Shown one piece after another: positions 1-7,583 of a stretch of DNA of 19,455 nt. Under the pieces are notes generated by a model, which saw only the letters and a list, made by a program, of their open reading frames with translations, was not told the DNA's origin and ran no database searches. The translations under genes were made by a program, and so were the position numbers. Positions within the stretch are counted from its first letter, which is position 1. The number at the start of each line of letters is the position of its first letter. The stretch covers positions 1 to 19,455 of the forward strand of contig RDOE01000058.1 in the NCBI GenBank assembly GCA_011364975.1. The letters run 5' to 3'. The stretch comes from Promethearchaeota archaeon. Lineage in GTDB: Archaea > Asgardarchaeota > Lokiarchaeia > Sigyniarchaeales > SOKP01.

Positions 1-1
1 A

Positions 2-1225
2 GGAGAAATTATAAATAATAACTGGAAGATACTCGGTCTATCATTAGAAGAGATTCTAGGGATCAAAATTGAAAAGGAGAAAAAGCACTACAAAAGAAAG
101 ATTTCCGATTCAGTTAGAATTCATGATCTGAAACCTCTTGGATTGGTATTAATGAAATGGGATGATAGAATTGGTACGGATATTTTGGTTAAATATCCCG
201 AAGATATTAAAATTTCGAAAAAAACTTTAATGCAAGTATATAGTACCCATGAATATAGTGGAGAGAAAGGTGTAATAACATTGACAGTAGAGGGATTACA
301 TATCTTATCGTACTATTCTGGAGCAGAAATGGACTACTACCTTCTCTTACTCTTAGATTTAGATGATGATCCTGATCTATATGAAGAAGGAATGCCTGAA
401 ATAATTCAGATAATATTAGAGAATCTTGAAGATGAATCATATTTACAACTAATACCCTCATTATTTCAACGTTTATCCATATATCCATCGCTTTCTGGTG
501 AAGTAATACTATCATTTTATTATCAGAATGAAATTAAACGATTTATCATGAATCTAATGAGAAAAGAAGCTGTAATAACCAAGTCAGAATTAATGATTTG
601 GCTCAAGGACAAGTATCTTGAAAACTTTTTCGATTTAGATACAATTTTAACTGACCTAATCAAGAAAGATATCATAAAATTTGGTTCTATCAAAGGTATG
701 CCTTCTGAACTAATTTATTTTACAAATGATATTTTTATGCTACGAATACCTCCCATTCATCTTCTAACAGATCCTGTAAATCGTGGCCTACCCTCTCAAT
801 TTGCTAAGGAATATCCTCAGAAGGTCAAGAAGTTTTTCCAAGATTATTATCCAACAGAAGAAGATAATATTAAAATTGCTGAGATGTTAATCGACCCCCA
901 AGTATATGAGACATTGCGATTGCTCAGAACCGCGATTGTTACGAAATCTGACCTTGAAAAACTTAAAAAGAAAGGTGTTGAGGATATTTATGGTGTGTTG
1001 AAAAAATTTTGGGATAACCAGATGATTCACGTGTTTCATGATGAGAATAACAATGAATATTATACACTTAATTCTGATATTTATATCGATTTTATCTTTC
1101 CAAAATATCTAATTAATATTGTTAAAATGGTTTATGAGCAAAAATCAAAAAGTAATAAAGTCCTTGTTGAATATTTAAAAGTTCTAGAAGAAACATATTA
1201 CAATCTAAAATCAAAGGAAAAATAA
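2..1225 (+). CDS. 5'-truncated protein containing a longin/uDENN-like domain followed by two winged-helix-like repeats (DENN/NPRL2-like, Asgard type)
   Basis: The frame is open from base 2 (GEIINNNWKILGLSLEEILGIKIEKEKKHYKRKISDSVRIHDLKPLG) into the 143..1225 ORF, so the true start is probably upstream of the window. 'GLVLMKWDDRIGTDILVKYP' resembles the uDENN/longin beta1-FDxxxG-beta2-YP pattern. The C-terminal half has two repeats (LMRKEAVITKSEL / LLRTAIVTKSDL). Confidence 0.6.
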   Translation, partial: GEIINNNWKILGLSLEEILGIKIEKEKKHYKRKISDSVRIHDLKPLGLVLMKWDDRIGTDILVKYPEDIKISKKTLMQVYSTHEYSGEKGVITLTVEGLHILSYYSGAEMDYYLLLLLDLDDDPDLYEEGMPEIIQIILENLEDESYLQLIPSLFQRLSIYPSLSGEVILSFYYQNEIKRFIMNLMRKEAVITKSELMIWLKDKYLENFFDLDTILTDLIKKDIIKFGSIKGMPSELIYFTNDIFMLRIPPIHLLTDPVNRGLPSQFAKEYPQKVKKFFQDYYPTEEDNIKIAEMLIDPQVYETLRLLRTAIVTKSDLEKLKKKGVEDIYGVLKKFWDNQMIHVFHDENNNEYYTLNSDIYIDFIFPKYLINIVKMVYEQKSKSNKVLVEYLKVLEETYYNLKSKEK

Positions 1226-1256
1226 AAAAGAAATTTAACCTAAAATTACCTTATTC

Positions 1257-1265
1257 TTTTTTTTT
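1257..1265 (+). terminator. Oligo-T (T9) archaeal-type terminator
   Basis: T9 tract about 30 nt after the stop codon at 1225. Confidence 0.45.
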
Positions 1266-1741
1266 ATCAAAACCCAGACTTGAACAGAATTTTAAGTTGT
1301 TATCTTTTTGACTATAAAATTGAATACCCAATAAAAAATATATTAAGAAACAGATAGCTTGGTTCTATATATGATTTAGTTAAATATTATTCTATATATA
1401 TCAGGTTAATAGGATGTTTATATCTTTTATTTTTGTTTTAGTTCTTTTCGGATGTTGTACCGCATAACACATCATGTGCAATATTTTTCCTATCTATTGG
1501 AACTACAATTAGCATAATTTTTATATATTACACACTTCGAGGATTTCTCTAAATTTCTTGTTTATAATTTAAAATTTTACTTTAATAGACTGTTATATGT
1601 TATTGTATCAAATATTAGCCATCTTTCAATTTACTTCCTAAAACATATTCTATTAAAAGATCTATATTATATAACAAGAGTATTTTTGATAATCAATTAT
1701 TTTCATAAGATTAGAATTTATTAAAATGGGTGATATTAAAA

Positions 1742-1915
1742 GTGCCTGTGTTAAAATGTAATATCTGTGGTAATGAGAAAGAAGTTCCAGTATGTTGCGA
1801 AAACAGCATGATTGTTAAAGATACTCATATGTTGTGCTGTTGTAAATCTAATGATTGTGGATATCAGAAGATTCCTGATTGTTGTGGTCAGACAATGAAT
1901 TATATAGAACATTGA
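1742..1915 (+). CDS. Small Cys-rich metal-binding protein with two desulforedoxin-like units
   Basis: 10 Cys in 57 aa: CNICG..PVCCENSM and CCC...CG...PDCCGQTM. GGTGAT at 1729-1734 lies 7 nt before GTG 1742, which favours this start over 1730. Confidence 0.75.
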   Translation: MPVLKCNICGNEKEVPVCCENSMIVKDTHMLCCCKSNDCGYQKIPDCCGQTMNYIEH

Positions 1916-1928
1916 TAAAATAAACTTG

Positions 1929-2312
1929 TTATAATCTTCTTTGTTTTTCTTTGGGAACAACACATATTCCAGTTGCTTTACAAACATTTATTGGTTCTTT
2001 TAAAAGATCTGCTGCAGATTCATTAAGGTCTGATCTTGATGAAATAATCTTCCTTGCAACGAATTCTATTTTTCGGGAAGTGTTTCCAATCTCAATAATT
2101 TGACCTTCTGCTTCTATAAAATCTCCTGAATAAACTGGTGCGAGAAACTCAATTTTTGTATATGCTCTAAAAAGCCCCTCATCACCATCATTTCTGATTA
2201 ATAATTCGGTTGCAACATCTCCAAATAATTCAAGAATTTTAGCACCATCTACCAAATTTCCGCCATAATGTGCATCTTGGGAGCTCATTCTTACCTTAAT
2301 TACTGTTTTCAT
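1929..2312 (-). CDS. kal: 3-aminobutyryl-CoA ammonia-lyase (hotdog fold; beta-alanyl-CoA ammonia-lyase family)
   Basis: [60 protein letters not shown] and VCKATG.CVVPK.KQR match clostridial/fusobacterial Kal across the whole length. GAGGT RBS upstream. Confidence 0.9.
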   Translation of the reverse strand: MKTVIKVRMSSQDAHYGGNLVDGAKILELFGDVATELLIRNDGDEGLFRAYTKIEFLAPVYSGDFIEAEGQIIEIGNTSRKIEFVARKIISSRSDLNESAADLLKEPINVCKATGICVVPKEKQRRL

Positions 2313-2460
2313 TATTACTCTTACCTCATAATATTACAAAACTGACAATTAGAATTAAATTTTTCAAAAAGTTGAGAATATAGAATTAATACAGAGCTCA
2401 TCATAATTAGGATTTATTAAATTATTTTGAAATAATGTAATAAAAAGCTTGTAATCGGAA

Positions 2461-4041
2461 TTACCACACTAAGTTATTAATAATTTGCTTATCCCTTTCA
2501 GCTTCTTTTTTACCTAAAACCTTTCTAATACGTAAATCATTAATTGCTTCTTCAAGCTGGGTATCTAGATTTTTCATTTCCATCAAATTTCCTTTTTCAG
2601 CGCCCTTCTCAACCAAGTTTATCATTTCATTATCCTTATTCATCAAGTCTCTTAATTTAGTACGGAAGGCATCAGTCACCTTTGTTCGATGAACTTTTCC
2701 TTTTTCAATTAAAATTGGCAATACTGGAGCCCTTTCTGTGGTTCTTCGTGTATTTGGATCAACAAAATAGAAGATAAACATTGGAATACCAACTACAACA
2801 TCTTGAGTCTTTATTTCAATTGAGTAGTTTTTAAAAAAGTTTTGAACATCTGTCATTTCTATATTCTTAATAGTTTCAATATTATCTAAGCAGGATTGTT
2901 TTTCTTGTTTGATCTTGGCAATAACATCTTCTGTTGAGCTTAAATCACTACTTAATTCACTATGTTTTGATTGAATTTTACTTTCTATTTCCGCTTTTTT
3001 TTTCTCTAATTCCCTTATTTTTTGTTGTTTAGATCGTTCCAAATCACTGATTTCTCTTTGAACATTTTTCCTTATCTGTGAGATCTCTGTCTCGTACCGA
3101 CTTATAGTATTTCCTAAATCTTGATATTTAATATTTACATCCTTTAATGCAGCTTCTACTTCAAATAGGTCATTTTTATTAACTGCGTTCTTTAATCTAT
3201 CAACTGTACTTTTCATAGTATCTAGATTCTTGTAAAGGTCTCCAGATTTATCATTGATTTTGTATTTCCCTGACTTTACAAGCTCTTCTGGAGTTTCTTC
3301 AATTTTCCTGGCTTTTTCTGCTTCTAATTCTTTAGTTATTGCTGCAAGTTGTTTCTCCTCTTCACTTGTATCAATTTTTCTCCCTCTTAATTTATCTGCA
3401 TCTTGAGATCCTCTCTGAATCCACTTGTCACACAGTTTTATAATAATTTGCCCATAATTATCTAATAGTTTAGGATCTTTTTGTGAAATAAATTCAAACA
3501 CTTCTGGTACTATCTTGGCTTGGTTAATACTCTTAGGAATAGGCCCCCCTTCTAAAAGAAAATGGGGTTCATTAAACGAACCAATATTATATTGATTAAG
3601 GAAGAAGTTTTTAAAATATTCCACTTCACTGGCACTAAAGAGTGCCTCTTGGATAACAGTTCCCCTTCTATAATTTTTAACTTTTTTCAAATAAGTATTA
3701 TTATATGATTGTAAAGAGCTCAAAAAAGATCCAGGATCCGCACCTTGAATGATATTATCTGGTGTTGGTGGTACTTGCGCAAATTTTCCAACTTGTAATT
3801 TTTCTTGTTTATTTAATAAATAACTGCATACACAGGCACGGGTTTCATTCAATGGAATTAAGCGAACTGGCCAAAAACACATTGAAATTCTATTAACTTT
3901 TCCCAATTTACTAATCTTCTTTCCATATAAGTTGATACATTCGTTAAGACCAATTGCCATCTCATCCAACAAAGTTGCTTTTGATCTTGCAGGAATAACA
4001 TCACCAACATTAATTAAAAACGGTATAATCTTTTCTACCAT
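2461..4041 (-). CDS. Hypothetical protein with a long central coiled coil between globular N- and C-terminal regions
   Basis: 526-aa ORF. Residues about 215-400 are E/K/Q-rich with heptad-like spacing and almost no Pro. GAAGTGAT RBS upstream. No Walker A motif. Confidence 0.8.
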   Translation of the reverse strand: MVEKIIPFLINVGDVIPARSKATLLDEMAIGLNECINLYGKKISKLGKVNRISMCFWPVRLIPLNETRACVCSYLLNKQEKLQVGKFAQVPPTPDNIIQGADPGSFLSSLQSYNNTYLKKVKNYRRGTVIQEALFSASEVEYFKNFFLNQYNIGSFNEPHFLLEGGPIPKSINQAKIVPEVFEFISQKDPKLLDNYGQIIIKLCDKWIQRGSQDADKLRGRKIDTSEEEKQLAAITKELEAEKARKIEETPEELVKSGKYKINDKSGDLYKNLDTMKSTVDRLKNAVNKNDLFEVEAALKDVNIKYQDLGNTISRYETEISQIRKNVQREISDLERSKQQKIRELEKKKAEIESKIQSKHSELSSDLSSTEDVIAKIKQEKQSCLDNIETIKNIEMTDVQNFFKNYSIEIKTQDVVVGIPMFIFYFVDPNTRRTTERAPVLPILIEKGKVHRTKVTDAFRTKLRDLMNKDNEMINLVEKGAEKGNLMEMKNLDTQLEEAINDLRIRKVLGKKEAERDKQIINNLVW

Positions 4042-4231
4042 ATTTTGGAATCACTTCTTCTTTCTATATTAAAACTTAAATTGAGTTATAATAATAAATT
4101 TTTGGATTCTACTTTAAGAACATGCAAAAGCAGAATTTGAAGTTCTACTTTTTCCCCAATATGAACTTTTTATAGTTTTAAATATCTATACAGCATAATT
4201 TTTAGCAATAAATAAAAATTAAGTGATAATT

Positions 4232-5044
4232 TTGGTAAATAAATTCCTTGAAGGAAAAGGAGCACTGATAACGGGAGGAGCTTCAGGTTTTGGAAAAGCG
4301 ACCGCATTTACTTTTGCAGAAAATGGAGCAGATTTGATTTTAGTGGATAGAAATGAAGAACTTCTTGAAGAAGCAAGCAAACAGGTGGAAAAGAAATATG
4401 CCACCAAAGTAATACCAATAATATGTGATGTTTCAGATTCTAAATGTGTAAAGAAAATGACAGATCAAGCATTTGATGAACTGGATAATATATATGTGCT
4501 ATTTAATAATGCGGGATTAGCTACTACTTATGGGGTCGATATTATTAGTGTTGGAGAAAAAGCATGGGATACAACCATGAATATTAATCTTAAAGGTCAA
4601 TGGTTGGTAGACAAATTTGTTAGCCGAAAGATGAATAGACAAAAATTTGAACCTTTAAGAGGAAAAATCATTCATAATGCATCTCACTATGGAATTGTGT
4701 TAAGTCCTTTTGTACCTCTTTATAGCATAAGTAAGGCAGGGGTTATAGCGCTTAATAAACTTATAGCAAAAACTCTTGCACCACATATAACCTCAAATGT
4801 GTTGGCTCCGGGTTTTCATGTTACCGGTATTTATGGAAATAGAGAGGATATCATGTTACAAGTTATGAAGGACGGAGATGTGAAAACACCATTGAATAGA
4901 ATCGGTACAATTGAGGATGTTGTTAACTTAGTATTATTTTTAGCATCAGAAAAAAGCAATTTCATAACGGGTCATTGTTTCACGGTAGACGGAGGCATTA
5001 CTGAAGCGGGTGTTCCTTCTCATAGATTAGAAGTAAATGTCTAA
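4232..5044 (+). CDS. Classical SDR oxidoreductase, probably NAD(H)-dependent
   Basis: TGGASGFG, LVDRN (acidic residue ending beta2), NNAG, Ser, YSISK, ITG...VDGG. Start placed at TTG 4232 because AGTGAT precedes it and it aligns with the paralog's N-terminus; the ORF track uses 4223. Confidence 0.92.
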   Translation: MVNKFLEGKGALITGGASGFGKATAFTFAENGADLILVDRNEELLEEASKQVEKKYATKVIPIICDVSDSKCVKKMTDQAFDELDNIYVLFNNAGLATTYGVDIISVGEKAWDTTMNINLKGQWLVDKFVSRKMNRQKFEPLRGKIIHNASHYGIVLSPFVPLYSISKAGVIALNKLIAKTLAPHITSNVLAPGFHVTGIYGNREDIMLQVMKDGDVKTPLNRIGTIEDVVNLVLFLASEKSNFITGHCFTVDGGITEAGVPSHRLEVNV

Positions 5045-5069
5045 ATAATTATAAAAAATGTGGTAAAAA

Positions 5070-5888
5070 ATGATAATGGATGAGAAATTTTTAGAAGGGA
5101 GAGGTGCTCTTATAACAGGAGGAGCATCTGGATTTGGAAGAGGTTTCGCTTATGCATACGGCCATAGAGGAGCTGATCTGGTATTAGTGGATATTAATGA
5201 AGAGTTATTAGAAGAAACCTCAAAGGGGGTTGAAAAAGAAACTGGTCAAAAAGTAATTCCTATTATTTGCGATGTCTCAAAACCAGATCAAGTCCAAAAT
5301 ATGGCCAAACAAGCGTTTAATGAATTAGACAACATTTATATTCTAAATAATAATGCTGGTGCGGGATATGGATTTTATAGAGATCCCTTAAGGTTAAAAG
5401 ATGAACTCTTTGAAAAGACAATCGCGCTAAATTTAAAAGGTCAATGGATGGTTGCAAGAGAAGTAGCTAAAAAGATGAAGAAGCAAACTTTTGAGCCACT
5501 AGCGGGTAAGATTATTCATACGGCATCTATTGCTGGAGTGAGAGTAGATCCAGGACTCCCTGATTATTCAATAAGCAAAGCGGGGGTTATCGCCATGATG
5601 CAAATATTAGCTCAGAGTCTTGCCCCAAGAATAACCGTAAACGCTTTAAGCCCAGGTTATCATTTAACAGGCGCATATAAAAATAATTTGGAAGCAATGA
5701 AAATGACTATGGAAGAGGGACATGTAAAAACTCCACTAAATCGTTATGGTACTGTGGAGGATGTGGTAAATGTATCATTGTTTATAGCATCTCCTATGTC
5801 GAATTTCATAACGGGGCATAATTTCATTGTTGATGGCGGAATTGCTGAGGTGGGTATACCCGCTTATTATTTAAAATCTAACCTTTAA
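5070..5888 (+). CDS. Classical SDR oxidoreductase, tandem paralog of the preceding gene
   Basis: TGGASGFG, LVDIN, NNAG, TASIAG, YSISK, VNALSPG, VDGG. Confidence 0.92.
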   Translation: MIMDEKFLEGRGALITGGASGFGRGFAYAYGHRGADLVLVDINEELLEETSKGVEKETGQKVIPIICDVSKPDQVQNMAKQAFNELDNIYILNNNAGAGYGFYRDPLRLKDELFEKTIALNLKGQWMVAREVAKKMKKQTFEPLAGKIIHTASIAGVRVDPGLPDYSISKAGVIAMMQILAQSLAPRITVNALSPGYHLTGAYKNNLEAMKMTMEEGHVKTPLNRYGTVEDVVNVSLFIASPMSNFITGHNFIVDGGIAEVGIPAYYLKSNL

Positions 5889-5942
5889 TTTTTGCCTGGT
5901 TCAAGATTTAAATTTAAGCAAAAACAAATAAAAGTGATTAAA

Positions 5943-6797
5943 ATGTCAAATGAAGATAAAATAGGTCAAAAACCCTTTAAAGGTAAGTTTGCAGTAATTC
6001 CTGGTGGTTCCAAGGGGATGGGAAATGCTACAGCAAAATTGTTTGTCCAATTAGGTGGTAGTGTTTGTATTATAGCAAGGGAGATGGAAGCATTGAAACT
6101 AACTCAAGATGAATGTAATAGGTTAAAGTCTGAGGATTCACAATTTATTGAGATTATATCTTGTGACACTACAGATATGGATAAATTAAAACCACTTATC
6201 TTTGATGTTATAAATAGACATAAAGTCCCAGAATATCTATTCAATTTTGTAGGCTTTGCATACGTTCAGTATCTTGAAAAACTAACCCTTGACGATTTTA
6301 AACGGAATATGAATATAAATTACTATGGTCAGCTAGTACCTACGCTTATTCTATTACCACACTTTTTGGAATCAAAAAATGGATATATAACATTTACATC
6401 ATCAGTATTGGGATTTATGGGTTTTATGGGTTATGCGACATATGCTCCAAGTAAATACGCTATTTTTGGGTTAGCAGAAGTGTTACGCCATGAATTGCTG
6501 CCATATAATATCAAAGTTTCAATCTTATTTCCTGTTGATACTGACACTCCTGGTTTTGCAGAAGAAAATAAACTTAAACCACCAGAATGTGCCATAATAT
6601 CAGAAGCAGGTACAGTATTAACTGCAGAGGAGGTAGCGGATACATTCATTAAGGGTGTTTTGGAAGAACGTTTTGAAATATTGCCAGGTGAAGCTGCAAT
6701 TCAATTAAAAACGATGAGAGAAAATCCTAATGATATTCGAGGTGTTTTTGACAGCTTATATAAAAGAGCACGCAGAAAAACAGGAAGAAAAATTTAA
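5943..6797 (+). CDS. KDSR-like SDR (3-ketodihydrosphingosine reductase / FVT1 / Tsc10 subfamily), probably NADPH-dependent
   Basis: GGSKGMG, IIAR (basic residue), FTSS..G.MG..GY..YAPSKYA..GLAE.LR.E, and the subfamily-typical FPVDTDTPGFAEENKLKP.E...IS. ATG 5943 follows AGTGAT; the ORF track start at 5892 is likely too long. Confidence 0.8.
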   Translation: MSNEDKIGQKPFKGKFAVIPGGSKGMGNATAKLFVQLGGSVCIIAREMEALKLTQDECNRLKSEDSQFIEIISCDTTDMDKLKPLIFDVINRHKVPEYLFNFVGFAYVQYLEKLTLDDFKRNMNINYYGQLVPTLILLPHFLESKNGYITFTSSVLGFMGFMGYATYAPSKYAIFGLAEVLRHELLPYNIKVSILFPVDTDTPGFAEENKLKPPECAIISEAGTVLTAEEVADTFIKGVLEERFEILPGEAAIQLKTMRENPNDIRGVFDSLYKRARRKTGRKI

Positions 6798-6807
6798 TTT
6801 TTTTTTT
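6798..6807 (+). terminator. Oligo-T (T10) terminator of the SDR cluster
   Basis: T10 immediately after the stop codon, between convergent genes. Confidence 0.55.
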
Positions 6808-6880
6808 AATTTAGAAAAAAGTTTGTTGAAAAAATAAAGTAAGTATTAATAGAAGGTTGCATGAATAATTAGAAAATTCT

Positions 6881-7354
6881 TTATTTTTTTCTTTTTCGCT
6901 TCACTGTTGTTTCTATTTCTAATAAAATTCCAAATGTTTTTTCAGTGTCTAAATAAACAAATTTCTGTTTACCAATTTGGCCAGTTTGTAGCACTTCAAT
7001 ACCTCTTTTCTTAAATTCATCTATATGCGAATCTAAATCATCCACAAATATACCAATACTATGAAGCCCTTCTTTTCCCTGATCTATAAATTCCTTAAAG
7101 AGACAATTTCCACTTTTCCACTGCTGCAATTCAATCTGTACATTAAATAAACGGCTAAAGGCATAATCTACGACCACTGTCACTTCCTTACCACGATAAC
7201 TAGCATCTTGATGAGTTATATCTTCCATTTGCGCAAATTTAGGAATTCCATACAATTTTTCCATGATTTCCGCTTGTTTTTTAATATCTTTAAAAACAAA
7301 ACTTAATTGATCAATTCTTAACTTATCTAAATTAAATTCAAAATTTTGTTCCAT
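6881..7354 (-). CDS. VOC-superfamily protein, methylmalonyl-CoA epimerase-like (Glyoxalase_4 type)
   Basis: IDQLSFVFKDI, QIELQQ, F....KEGLHSIGIFVDDLD, G..VLQ.G, FVYLDT....GILLEI. Confidence 0.8.
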   Translation of the reverse strand: MEQNFEFNLDKLRIDQLSFVFKDIKKQAEIMEKLYGIPKFAQMEDITHQDASYRGKEVTVVVDYAFSRLFNVQIELQQWKSGNCLFKEFIDQGKEGLHSIGIFVDDLDSHIDEFKKRGIEVLQTGQIGKQKFVYLDTEKTFGILLEIETTVKRKRKK

Positions 7355-7373
7355 TATTTATCGATCTTCAAAT

Positions 7374-7411
7374 GTGATATATTGTATCACTTTATCATTT
7401 GTTTATATATA
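7374..7411 (-). promoter_or_regulatory. Candidate TATA box plus palindromic operator GTGATA-N5-TATCAC upstream of the VOC gene
   Basis: The minus strand reads TATATAAA at 7402-7409. The palindrome at 7374-7390 covers the position about 25 nt downstream, where the transcription start would be expected. Confidence 0.35.
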
Positions 7412-7583
7412 TTTTTAACTGATTTTGAAAATCTAACTTAGAGAGGAAAGGTTGATGATGAAATTTAAGAACTATGCAGTATAGAAAAAAATGAATTTTT
7501 TAGCTAAATTATATAAGAAAATAGATCAAAAATTATATCATAGATTTTTTTACATAATTTGAAAATTTAAGGAGGATAAAATA

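Noticed and set aside
207-515. Minus-strand 102-aa ORF
   Set aside because: Antisense shadow entirely inside the well-supported plus-strand gene; no motif.
1913-1918. TGA-TAA at the end of the Cys-rich miniprotein as a possible terminal selenocysteine
   Set aside because: The TGA is not in a Cys-motif position and no SECIS-like hairpin is visible downstream; a double stop is the simpler reading.
1751-1987. Minus-strand 78-aa ORF
   Set aside because: Overlaps both the Cys-rich gene and the end of kal; no RBS or motif.
2461-4041. SMC/Rad50 assignment for the coiled-coil protein
   Set aside because: No Walker A/B, ABC signature, hinge or zinc-hook motif, and the protein is too short.
4219-6649. 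Antisense ORFs 4219..4407 and 6431..6649
   Set aside because: Typical antisense open frames opposite SDR genes.
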